A stretch of DNA of 61,732 nucleotides from a bacterium (GTDB lineage Bacteria; Planctomycetota; Planctomycetia; Pirellulales; Pirellulaceae), in assembly GCA_030432015.1 (NCBI GenBank), contig JAUIHJ010000001.1, positions 1-61,732 of the forward strand. Direction: 5' to 3'. The position numbers and the translations under genes were made by a program. The notes beneath the pieces are model-generated. The model ran no database searches, was not told where the DNA came from, and saw only the letters and a program-made list of their open reading frames with translations. Below are positions 50,037 through 58,574 of the stretch, one piece after another (the first letter of the stretch is position 1; each line of letters begins with the position of its first letter).

Positions 50037-50056
50037 GGTCGATCACAGTGACGGGA

Positions 50057-50072
50057 CGTTTCACGTGAAACA
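50057..50072. promoter_or_regulatory. parS site 5
   Basis: cGTTTCACGTGAAACA; perfect 14-bp palindrome. Confidence 0.9.
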
Positions 50073-50147
50073 GATCGAATGCATGGTGTGTGCGGCAGGG
50101 GGGCTGTCGGGTTATTGCGAGATACGGGAAGAGTGGGTGGTTTGTGA

Positions 50148-50163
50148 TGTTTCACGTGGAACC
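50148..50163. promoter_or_regulatory. parS site 6
   Basis: TGTTTCACGTGGAACc. Confidence 0.85.
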
Positions 50164-50920
50164 ATCCCCGGGGGGACGACCGACAAGGCAGCCGTGTCAC
50201 GATCCCGTGGAATGACGCCAGCCAGGAGGGCGAACTCATTACACCTCAGCGAATGCCCTGCCGTATGGCATTGGCCGAGCCAGGATGTTTCACGCCGGTG
50301 GGTCGCGCGGAGCGAATTTATCGGGAAGGGCCACGACCGCTGGTCGTCAGATGCCTGGGACGGTGGTTTCGTTTGAGAGCAAGGCCTCCTGCGCCCGGTT
50401 TCTCGGTAGGCGGCAAGCGGCTGCGTCTAGGCAGGGCGCGAAGCTGCTGGGGCAAAGACCCTTCCATTACTCCGCTGTGTTCGCATGGGGATCGTGTCGT
50501 GGCCAGGTCGATCGGCCTTATGGCCGCGATTCAGGCCGGGCAAAAAAAATGGGGTCCGCCAGACGCCCATTGCTCGCTAAGATTCTCCCTTCAACACGAG
50601 TAAATCAGTCCAAAACGGATGGCGGTGCCGCGCGGTGACACCGAACAAGCGTTTTTTCGTTTTGGATCGACTCACGCGAATCAACTCACAAATCCGAAAA
50701 GTCATCCGTTAGGGGTTCGTGATTCGGTTTGGCCGGTTGGACCCCCTGGCAGGAGAGAAGCGCAACGGTCTCGAATCGGCAGGGAAGTCGACCAGGGACG
50801 CAGGAAGTAAGACAAGATCACTCAGGCGTGCCGCCGCCACCATGCTAGCAGCGGTCCCGACCGGCAAACGCCGGACACCGAGTGTTAACGGTTTCGAACA
50901 TTGCAAGGAGGCAATTCATC

Positions 50921-51955
50921 GTGACGAAGGACCGGAGACTTGGCCGAGGATTGGCTGCACTGTTAGGGACTCCCAACGAACACGACGGCGCAATGCCCCC
51001 GACGGCGATTGCACCGGAATTCTCGACGCACAACGAGGAGGGTGTCGATGACGGACCGGCGGGCTCGGATGGTTCGATATCCGATATCTTTCTGCTGAAT
51101 GTCTACGACATTGACGACAACCCGTTTCAGCCCCGGCGAGAATTCGGCCAGTCAGAGATCGCATCTCTTTCCGAGAGTCTGAAAGAGCACGACATGCTGC
51201 AGCCGGTCCTGGTGCGGCGGATCGGCGAGCGTTATCAGTTGATTTCCGGCGAGCGTCGATTGCGGGCGGCCACGCTGGCCGGTTGGTCGCAGGTACCGGC
51301 CCGCATCAAAGACGCCGACGATCGGTTGGTTGCCGAATTGGCGATCGTCGAAAACCTGCAGCGCAAAGACCTCAATCCGATTGAAAAAGCCCTCTCCTTT
51401 AAACGGTATCTCGACGAGCACGCTTGCACTCAGGAAGATCTCGCACGTCGCCTCAAGATTGACCGCTCGACGATCGCAAACCTGATGCGTCTGCTCGAAT
51501 TGCCTCCGCAGGTACTGGATGCGGTTCGTACGAGCGAGATCTCCGCGGGGCATGCTCGGGCGCTTCTGCCGTTGGGTGAAGAGAGCGAGCAGATCCAGTT
51601 TTGCGACCAGATTCGCGGCGATGGCTGGAGCGTTCGCGAAACCGAGCGGCGGGTGAGCGAGGCGGTCAACGAGGTTGATCTCGAAGACAATATCCTGGAC
51701 TTGGCCGGCGAGCGAAAAAGCAAGGGCAAGCGGACCGAAAGCGACCAGGTCGCGTCGCTCGAGCAAGAGTTGCGGATCGCGTTGGGGACGAAAATTGAGA
51801 TTCGTCAGACCAAGAAAGGGCGAGGCCGAATCGTCGTTCACTTTGCTGACCACGACGAGTTCGACCGTCTGCGGGCGCTCTTGAATGGCTCGGCGATCGC
51901 ACCGCCGACCGAACAGCCTGCTGGACCGCACGAGGGCTATCAGGAGGTTGCTTGA
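50921..51955 (+). CDS. parB: Chromosome partitioning protein ParB/Spo0J
   Basis: GTG at 50921, 9 nt after AAGGAGG. N-terminal RRLGRGLAALLG, ParB box GERRLRAATLAG, and HTH region QEDLARRLKIDRSTIANLMRLL. Confidence 0.95.
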   Translation: MTKDRRLGRGLAALLGTPNEHDGAMPPTAIAPEFSTHNEEGVDDGPAGSDGSISDIFLLNVYDIDDNPFQPRREFGQSEIASLSESLKEHDMLQPVLVRRIGERYQLISGERRLRAATLAGWSQVPARIKDADDRLVAELAIVENLQRKDLNPIEKALSFKRYLDEHACTQEDLARRLKIDRSTIANLMRLLELPPQVLDAVRTSEISAGHARALLPLGEESEQIQFCDQIRGDGWSVRETERRVSEAVNEVDLEDNILDLAGERKSKGKRTESDQVASLEQELRIALGTKIEIRQTKKGRGRIVVHFADHDEFDRLRALLNGSAIAPPTEQPAGPHEGYQEVA

Positions 51956-52135
51956 CGTGCCAGAAAAAAGATGGGGGAGATCACCCGGTCGAGTCGCTTC
52001 AGGCGCGTTTGCCAGCACCAAAAACGGCAGCGTCCTTTGCTGGCAGACCGATTGCCACAATTCGCGGCGGACGGTAGCATGGGCTCTTTACCAGGGAGAT
52101 TGGGATTCCAAGAGATTTCAATTCCCGGCATACGC

Positions 52136-52210
52136 CGGGGCGTAGCGCAGCCTGGCTAGCGCGCCTGCTTTGGGAGCAGGAGGTCCCCAGTTCGAATCTG
52201 GGCGCCCCGA
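52136..52210 (+). tRNA. tRNA-Pro (anticodon UGG)
   Basis: Cloverleaf: acceptor cggggcg/cgccccg, D arm gcgc-agcctggcta-gcgc, anticodon stem cctgc/gcagg with loop uuUGGga, T arm cccag-ttcgaat-ctggg. No encoded CCA. Confidence 0.95.
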
Positions 52211-52220
52211 CTTGAATTCA

Positions 52221-52259
52221 AAACAGCTCGTCGCATTGAATTGCGACGAGCTGTTTTTC
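52221..52259. terminator. Bidirectional rho-independent terminator between tRNA-Pro and dnaB
   Basis: 13-bp stem acagctcgtcgca / tgcgacgagctgt with a 6-nt loop. It is flanked by AAA on one side and TTTTT on the other, so a U-tract follows on either strand. Confidence 0.8.
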
Positions 52260-52495
52260 ATTTGGTGCCAGTGAGTTACGCAAACCGTGAAGCGCAAGGC
52301 ACTCAGGTCAAATAGGCGGCGCGATTCAGGGGGCGACGAAGGGGAATTGCTCACGCCTGCGGCTGCACTTGAAGTTGCCGAGCTCAAATTCAGTCGCCAC
52401 GCTGGTGACTCGTCACTCGTTTTCGAGTCATGTTTGGGGAGCCCTGTGGCGCGGTAGACGCAGCAAAATTGTGCTAGGTCATTTAGAATTTTCGG

Positions 52496-53968
52496 CTAGA
52501 ACTCGCGGTCCGGCGGGCCCTCGTTGAAGTCGTCGAACACCTGCAAGCGGTCCGGCGCCTTATCTTCGAATCGCGTAAATTCCTTTCGCCAGATGAGCGG
52601 AATGTCACCCACTGGGCCGTTACGCTGTTTCGAGATAATGATCTCAGCCTGTCCGGCGAATTGTTCCTGCTCGTCGCCGCGACGATAGTATTCTTCCCGA
52701 TGCACGAACATCACCACGTCGGCATCCTGTTCGATGGCGCCCGATTCGCGGAGGTGACTCAGCTTGGGGCGATGGTCTTTGCTGTCCTCGGCCTGCCGGT
52801 TGAGTTGCGCCAGGCAGAGCAGGGGAACCTGCAACTCCCGGGCGAGTCCCTTGAGCCGCCGAGCGATCCGAGCCACTTGTTCTTGCCGTGGATCGCGCGG
52901 ATTGTCCGGTTCGATCAGCTGCAGGTAATCGATGACGATCAGGCCCAGACGCCCGTCGCGACGAAGAATACGCCGCGCGGCAGCGGCAATTTCACTGACC
53001 ATCCGGGACGGGGAATCGTCGACAAAGAGGGGGGCTCGACTGACGACACTGGCCTTTTCGATCAAACGGGCGCGATCCTCGTTGGAAATGGTGCCGTTGC
53101 GCAAGCGATGGCCATTGACCCGAGCCACCGAACAGAGCAGGCGGTCAGCCAACTCAATGGCCGACATTTCCAAACTAACGAACAGCACCGGGGCGTTTTC
53201 GTTCATCGCGACGTGTTCTGCGATGTTCATTGCGAACGCCGTTTTTCCCATACTGGGACGCGCCGCCAGAATAATCAGTTCGGAATTGTGAAAGCCCCCC
53301 ATCATCGCATCCATCTCGGCGAAGCCAGTCTCGACACCGCCGGTGGTATGCTCGCCCTTCATGCGAGCTTCCATCCGATCCATGGCCTGGTGCAGGATAT
53401 CGCTGATCGGGCTGATCGCCGATGTGCCTCGTCCATCCAGGATCCCGAAGATTTTCTGCTCCGCCTGGCTTAGCAGATGCTTCGATTCGCTCGACTCGTT
53501 ATACGCGTCCCGCAGAATGTCGGTACTGGCATCGATCAGGCGCCGAAAGGTGGACTTCTCGCGGACGATCTCTGCATAGTAGACGGCGTGGGCGTAATTC
53601 GGCACCGCCTGAAACGTCTTGGCAAGAAAGGCCGTGCCGCCGATTCGCTCGAAATCACCGGCGTTCTTCAGCCGTTCCACCAGTAACGTTAAATCGAGCT
53701 TCTGTCCGGCATCATGCATCCCCATCATGTGCTCGTACAGCTTCCGATTCGCGTCGTCGTAGAAATCGTCCGTTCGGAGAATCAACGTGACGTCGTCGCA
53801 CACATCGGGATTGAGCATGATACTGCCCAGCACCCCGGTTTCCGCCTCCAGGTTGAAGGGCGGTTGCCGATCGAGGATTTCCGTCGTGACGGAATTCTTG
53901 GGGCGAGGTGCCTCGCCACGCGGGGGACGTTGGGCCGTAGACATCGCAAGCCACCTCCGTGTCGGCAT
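52496..53968 (-). CDS. dnaB: Replicative DNA helicase
   Basis: PPFNLEAETGVLGSIML N-terminal domain, Walker A ARPSMGKTAF, VIDYLQL and RESGAIEQDADVVMF blocks. The start could be the M at 53944. Confidence 0.95.
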   Translation of the reverse strand: MPTRRWLAMSTAQRPPRGEAPRPKNSVTTEILDRQPPFNLEAETGVLGSIMLNPDVCDDVTLILRTDDFYDDANRKLYEHMMGMHDAGQKLDLTLLVERLKNAGDFERIGGTAFLAKTFQAVPNYAHAVYYAEIVREKSTFRRLIDASTDILRDAYNESSESKHLLSQAEQKIFGILDGRGTSAISPISDILHQAMDRMEARMKGEHTTGGVETGFAEMDAMMGGFHNSELIILAARPSMGKTAFAMNIAEHVAMNENAPVLFVSLEMSAIELADRLLCSVARVNGHRLRNGTISNEDRARLIEKASVVSRAPLFVDDSPSRMVSEIAAAARRILRRDGRLGLIVIDYLQLIEPDNPRDPRQEQVARIARRLKGLARELQVPLLCLAQLNRQAEDSKDHRPKLSHLRESGAIEQDADVVMFVHREEYYRRGDEQEQFAGQAEIIISKQRNGPVGDIPLIWRKEFTRFEDKAPDRLQVFDDFNEGPPDREF

Positions 53969-54129
53969 CGAGCGCGCGCCCCGCGATGCTGGTCACGCAT
54001 CATCGAGGCGAGCGCAATGCTCATGTGCCGACCACCATCCCACATGGGGCGACGGTCAATGGCAGAAGTAATTGTCAACGATCGATCCTGACTGCGCCGG
54101 GCAACAACCCCGCAGGTCAGAACGACAGT

Positions 54130-54660
54130 TTAACCATCCGCATCGGAAGCGGAAGGCACGACCCAAACTTTGAGGTCGGCTTCGATCTCTTGATGCAGGT
54201 GAATTTTGACCGTGTACAGCCCCAATTCCTTGAGCGGCCCTTCGAGTCGCACCTGGTCCGCGGTAATCGTAAAGTCGGCCTGTTTGAGAGACGTCACAAT
54301 TTCCGGCGCACCGACGCTGCCATACAGGTGCCCATCGTCGTTGGCTTTCGCTTCGATCGTGATGCTTTGCTTTCCCAACGCATCGGCCAGCGTTTGGAGA
54401 TCTGCCAAACGCCCCTTTTCGATTTCCAGCAGCTTGGCTTTATGCTTCTGAACCATCCGCTTGTGATGGTCGGATGCCAAGGTCGCGAGGCCTTCCGGAA
54501 TCAGGAAATTGTGCGCGTAGCCTGGCTTCACTTCGACGACGTCACCTTGTTTTCCCAGGTGGTCGACCGATTGCACCAGCAGCAATTCGATCCCGCCATT
54601 GGGGCCCTTGGGGAGACGCTTGAATCGCTGATTTCGTTTACGCGGCGCTTTGGTTGTCAT
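54130..54660 (-). CDS. rplI: 50S ribosomal protein L9 with a basic N-terminal extension
   Basis: The LGKQGDVVEVKPGYAHNFLIPEGLA core follows a ~23-aa Lys/Arg-rich extension (MTTKAPRKRNQRFKRLPKGPNGG). Confidence 0.9.
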   Translation of the reverse strand: MTTKAPRKRNQRFKRLPKGPNGGIELLLVQSVDHLGKQGDVVEVKPGYAHNFLIPEGLATLASDHHKRMVQKHKAKLLEIEKGRLADLQTLADALGKQSITIEAKANDDGHLYGSVGAPEIVTSLKQADFTITADQVRLEGPLKELGLYTVKIHLHQEIEADLKVWVVPSASDADG

Positions 54661-54698
54661 GGTCGACTCTCGAATTCAAAAAACAGTCGTGCGAATGA

Positions 54699-55157
54699 TT
54701 AAAACGGTACGTCGTCGTCGGGCGTTCCTCCGGTCGAGGCGGACGACGATTCGACGGCGGCAGGCTGATTGTATTGATTGTTGTTGCTGCTGCTGGAACT
54801 GTTGGAAGCACCGCGTCCCTCCTGGCTGCCGCGGGAACCGAGCATCTGCATGCGTTCACCGACAACACGCAACTTGGAACGCTTCTGTCCATCTTTTTCC
54901 CAGGTGTCAAGTTTCAGCCGACCTTCGATCAAGACCGACGACCCTTTCCCCAGATATTCTCCGGCAATCTCTGCCGTACGCCCCCACAGTGTCACGTCAA
55001 CGAATGTCGTTTCGTCAATCCACTCGCCGGCCTGATTCTTGCGGCGATCGTTGACGGCCAGACCAAGCTCTGTGACGGCGAGACTGGTTTGGGTGTACTT
55101 CAGTTCGATGTCACGTGTGATGTTTCCGACCAAAATTACACGGTTAAAGCTCGCCAT
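54699..55157 (-). CDS. ssb: Single-stranded DNA-binding protein
   Basis: [18 protein letters not shown] fold, Gly/Ser/Asn-rich linker and acidic tip DDDVPF. Confidence 0.95.
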   Translation of the reverse strand: MASFNRVILVGNITRDIELKYTQTSLAVTELGLAVNDRRKNQAGEWIDETTFVDVTLWGRTAEIAGEYLGKGSSVLIEGRLKLDTWEKDGQKRSKLRVVGERMQMLGSRGSQEGRGASNSSSSSNNNQYNQPAAVESSSASTGGTPDDDVPF

Positions 55158-55243
55158 GCCAACATCTCCCGGTGGTTAACAAAGTGAACATGCGTTCCCT
55201 ATTGAATAGCCTATGCGATCGCGGGGGAGGGCACAACGGCTGC

Positions 55244-55687
55244 TTATTCGTCCGTCGCTGCGGCGACCTCGGTCGGCTTTTCGCCCGCGGCTGCGCCTTC
55301 TGCAGCGGCGGCCGCCTCGGCCTCGGCGGCTTCATCCGCCAGTTCATCGGCGGTCTTCTCGCCACGGGCATGGGCCACCAGGATTTCGACCAGGCGCGGA
55401 TCGATCTTGGTTGCCATATGTCGCATTACATAGTCATTCAGCTGGCACGCTCGGTTGAACCCGGCAAGTTCGCTGCTGTCCATGCGGAAATACGTGAGCC
55501 AGTAAGTTCCTTTGCGATGGCCGTTGATCGGGTAGGCCAACTTCTGTTCGTTCCAGAGGCGATTGGCCAGAATCTCGCCCGAGGCTTTTTCGACCATTTC
55601 GGGGATGGTGGCGGAAACACCTTGGGGGTCCCGTGCATAGCGATTGGGGTCGAGGATAAAGAGGCATTCGTAAACGTTCGTTGCCAA
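55244..55687 (-). CDS. rpsF: 30S ribosomal protein S6
   Basis: YECLFILDP...WNEQKLAYPING..KGTYW pattern with an acidic/Ala-rich C-terminal tail. Confidence 0.9.
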   Translation of the reverse strand: MATNVYECLFILDPNRYARDPQGVSATIPEMVEKASGEILANRLWNEQKLAYPINGHRKGTYWLTYFRMDSSELAGFNRACQLNDYVMRHMATKIDPRLVEILVAHARGEKTADELADEAAEAEAAAAAEGAAAGEKPTEVAAATDE

Positions 55688-55746
55688 GACTGTTCTCCCT
55701 TGTGATTTTGTGGTGTCAGTCCGAGTTTGACCGCCACGGACCGAAT

Positions 55747-56310
55747 TCAGGAACCGTTGTATTTGTTCATGCAGGCGTCAACGCCAACGCGCGACCAGGT
55801 TTCTACGGCGTCCGCAGCAACTTGAATCGCGGTGTCAATTGTCTTCAATTCGCTTGACCGAAACTTGCTTAATACGAAATCGGCGACGTCCCAGTTGTCG
55901 GGCGGCGGGTCGATCCCGATCCGCAGCCGCGGAATCTCCTGGCTGCCGAGTCGTTGGATGACGTCATGGAGTCCTTTTTGACCGCCCGCCGAACCTTTCG
56001 GGCGGAATCGCAGCTTCCCCAGCGGTAGGCTGAAGTCGTCGCAGACAACCAGGATGTCGTTGTTTTCAATCTTATAAAAGTCTCGCGCGGCGAGCACGCT
56101 GGCCCCGCTCTTGTTCATAAACGTCTGAGGGCAAAGGAGCAAAACACGTTCACCCGCGACCTGCACCTCGCTGTACTGACCGTCAAATTTTGGACGCGAC
56201 GCGGGGGCCGCAAACCGACGAGCAGCTTCCGAGATGACTCGGAATCCAACGTTGTGTCGCGTTGCCTCGTACTTGCGCCCCGGATTCCCGAGACCAACCA
56301 CCAATTTCAT
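55747..56310 (-). CDS. pth: Peptidyl-tRNA hydrolase
   Basis: MKLVVGLGNPGRKYEATRHNVGF at 56310 and GGQKGLHDV. The track start at 56343 adds 11 codons. Confidence 0.95.
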   Translation of the reverse strand: MKLVVGLGNPGRKYEATRHNVGFRVISEAARRFAAPASRPKFDGQYSEVQVAGERVLLLCPQTFMNKSGASVLAARDFYKIENNDILVVCDDFSLPLGKLRFRPKGSAGGQKGLHDVIQRLGSQEIPRLRIGIDPPPDNWDVADFVLSKFRSSELKTIDTAIQVAADAVETWSRVGVDACMNKYNGS

Positions 56311-56367
56311 GCCAGCGGCCCTTGCTGCACGGATGCAGCCCAATCACCACGAATTGCCTCGCAGCGA

Positions 56368-56994
56368 TTATTCGCCTCCACCCTCCTCGTCTTCGGCCTT
56401 CCGGCCAATAATTTCCGGCTCGAGCGAATCGGCGCCTTCCTCTTCGTCAAGATCTTCCGTTGGCTCAATGCATTGAACGATGATCTGATCGTCTGGCGTA
56501 ATGAGTTTGGCACTCGGCGGAATTTCAATATCTGCCGCCGTGATGGAATCGCCGAGTTCAAGCTGATTGATGCTGACCGACAGTCCATCCGGAATCTTTC
56601 CGGCAGGACACTCGATTTCGATTTCATGCAACTGGTGATCGACGACGCCACCCTGCTTCATTCCCGGAGCTTCGCCGCGCAATTCGACGACCAGCGTGAC
56701 GGCGACACTCTCATCCGCCGAAACACGTGTCAAATCGACATGCAGAATCTCCGATCCAAACGGATCCCACTGGACTTCGTTAATCAATACGCTGTCAGTC
56801 GCGGCTCCGACAATGTCGATGACCTTGGTGCCGTGACGGATTGCGGACTCCACCTCCACGGCTGGAATGGACAGGTTGACGCATTCCTGACCATGCCCAT
56901 ACAGGTTCGCTGGAATCTGTCCGGCCTTGCGTAACCGACGCGTGTTGCTTGTCCCGAGGGCTTCTCGTTTAGAGACGTTCAAAACGTCCGCCAT
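56368..56994 (-). CDS. rplY: 50S ribosomal protein L25 / general stress protein Ctc
   Basis: MADVLNVSKRE..GTSNTRRLRKAGQIPANLYGHG from the ATG at 56994, with an acidic C-terminal tail. The track start at 57156 adds 54 poor codons. Confidence 0.9.
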   Translation of the reverse strand: MADVLNVSKREALGTSNTRRLRKAGQIPANLYGHGQECVNLSIPAVEVESAIRHGTKVIDIVGAATDSVLINEVQWDPFGSEILHVDLTRVSADESVAVTLVVELRGEAPGMKQGGVVDHQLHEIEIECPAGKIPDGLSVSINQLELGDSITAADIEIPPSAKLITPDDQIIVQCIEPTEDLDEEEGADSLEPEIIGRKAEDEEGGGE

Positions 56995-57273
56995 GGTGGC
57001 GTTCCTTGTCGCTATTTCCTGGAGATAGAAACCCCAGATTCTCGCAGAATTGCGCGACGTTTCAAGTCCAAGTGGACGAACTCGCGACGAAATTAATTTG
57101 CCGGCCCCCTGTGGTTCCATTTTGCGTCCCCGGACCCGTGAGAATTCTCGGTCCAATGCTGCGAGAAACGGGGGGCCTGTCCGGCCGTGTCGACGAGGTC
57201 CCTTGCTCTCGCGTGCACAGCGGACTAACCTTGGGGCAAGTCCCCAATTTCAACCACAAATTGAAGATGAAGT

Positions 57274-57621
57274 ATGGCAAAAACTCGGGCAAAAACCATC
57301 GAATACGTCGAGCCCATTGGTGCGCGGGTCTTGGTCCGAAAAGACGAGCCGAAACGGGAAACCAAAGGCGGAATCGCACTCCCCGATCAGGCTGAGATAC
57401 CCACCATTACGGGGAGGATTGTGACGATTTCAGCTCAGGTCGAGAACGACGAGGATGTTCCGCTGCGGCAATATGACAAGATTCTCTTTCACCCGAAGGA
57501 CGCCATTCCAGTCGATTTCGATCCGGACAATCAACTGTTCGTTGTGCCCGTGGAAGACGTTGTCGCCGTATTTCGCCGCGAACCGCGGGTGGAGAAAGAA
57601 AACCTGGACGACGTCGATTAA
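57274..57621 (+). CDS. groES: GroES (Cpn10) family co-chaperonin, no adjacent groEL
   Basis: PIGARVLVRKDEPKRETKGGIALPD mobile-loop region and GRIVTISAQ...YDKILF match the Cpn10 pattern. Its stop codon overlaps the convergent prs stop within TTAA (57618-57621). Confidence 0.75.
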   Translation: MAKTRAKTIEYVEPIGARVLVRKDEPKRETKGGIALPDQAEIPTITGRIVTISAQVENDEDVPLRQYDKILFHPKDAIPVDFDPDNQLFVVPVEDVVAVFRREPRVEKENLDDVD

Positions 57622-58574
57622 TCGGCATCCGCACCGAACAGCTCACTGATCGACTGATCGTGATGGATCCGCTTGATGGCCTCGGCCAATAGGGGCGCCA
57701 CGCTGAGAATCTTCAGTTTTCCAGACAGTTGGCTCGCGTCCAAAGGGATGCTGTCGGTCACAACGAGACTGGAAATCGGGGCGTCACTAAGGTTTTGCAC
57801 CGCTTTGCCGCATAACACGGCATGGCTCGCCGCGACGTGGATTTCTCGTGCTCCGGCCTCATGCACCAGGCGTGCGGCCCCACAGATTGACCCTGCCGTG
57901 CTGATCATATCGTCGAACATCAGGGCCACGCGGCCTTCAACCGGACCGCCAATAATATTCTCTTGCTTCGTCTGCAGGGCACTCGTGCGCCGCTTGTCGA
58001 TAATCGCCAGTTTGCCTCCCAGCCGTTTCACGTGTCCGCTGGCCCGTTTGATGCTGCCTTCATCAGGGCTGACAACCACGATGTCGTTTTCGGTCAGACC
58101 CATTTCCAGGAAGTATTCGTTAAGTACCGGCGCGGCATAGAGGTGGTCGACTGGCACGTCAAAGAAGCCCTGAATCTGTGCTGCATGCAGGTCCATGGTG
58201 AGCACGCGATCGGCGCCCGCACGGGTGATCAGGTTTGCCACGAGCTTGGCGGTAATTGGTGTCCGCCCTTCATCCTTGCGGTCCTGGCGCGCGTAGCCGT
58301 AATAGGGGATCACCGCGGTAATCCGCGCGGCGCTGGCGCGTTTGCAGCAATCCATCATCACGAGCAATTCCAGCAAGTTGTCGTTGACCGGCGGGCACGT
58401 TGGTTGCACGAGAAACACGTCCCGCCCGCGCACGTCTTCTTCAACCTTGCAGAAATTCTCGCCGTCGGGAAACTTGCCCAGCGAGATCTGCCCGCGTTGC
58501 AAGTGTAAGAACCCGCAGATATCGTCCGTCAGCTGGGGATTGGCTTGTCCACTAAAAATTTTCAGTTCGCGCAT
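57618..58574 (-). CDS. prs: Ribose-phosphate pyrophosphokinase
   Basis: MRELKIFSGQANP at 58574, PYYGYARQDRK, the DLHA block and the PRPP loop DDMISTAGS. Confidence 0.95.
   Translation of the reverse strand: MRELKIFSGQANPQLTDDICGFLHLQRGQISLGKFPDGENFCKVEEDVRGRDVFLVQPTCPPVNDNLLELLVMMDCCKRASAARITAVIPYYGYARQDRKDEGRTPITAKLVANLITRAGADRVLTMDLHAAQIQGFFDVPVDHLYAAPVLNEYFLEMGLTENDIVVVSPDEGSIKRASGHVKRLGGKLAIIDKRRTSALQTKQENIIGGPVEGRVALMFDDMISTAGSICGAARLVHEAGAREIHVAASHAVLCGKAVQNLSDAPISSLVVTDSIPLDASQLSGKLKILSVAPLLAEAIKRIHHDQSISELFGADAD

Larger units (their letters stand above)
49898..50163. repeat. Array of six parS centromere sites (a seventh degenerate half-site lies at 50286-50301)
   Basis: Sixteen-mers matching parS TGTTNCACGTGAAACA start at 49898, 49949, 49985, 50021, 50057 and 50148. 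Start-to-start spacing is 51, 36, 36, 36 and 91 bp. The 20-bp spacers of the 36-bp units are themselves related (GGnnGATnnnnnnGACGnnGGGA). Confidence 0.9.

Noticed and set aside
49867-50376. A 169-aa ORF (and mirror ORFs on the minus strand) with repeated FHVER / FHVKR peptides. The 16-bp palindromes with 20-bp spacers also look superficially CRISPR-like.
   Set aside because: The peptide repeat is simply the translation of the parS palindrome GTTTCACGTGRAAC. The 'spacers' are related to each other, the repeat is only 16 bp, there are only four regular units, and no cas genes are present. A tandem parS array explains everything.
50302-50920. Possible oriC next to the parS array.
   Set aside because: I found no cluster of TTATCCACA-like DnaA boxes and no AT-rich unwinding element, and dnaA/dnaN are not in the window. 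Proximity to the origin remains only an inference.
51152-52060. A 302-aa minus-strand ORF. The 270-aa plus-strand ORF at 52661-53473 is similar.
   Set aside because: They are antisense to parB and dnaB respectively and have no independent support.
52211-52495. Possible integrated element or att site at the 3' end of tRNA-Pro.
   Set aside because: There is no integrase and no direct repeat of the tRNA 3' end. The next gene is dnaB, and a clean bidirectional terminator follows the tRNA.
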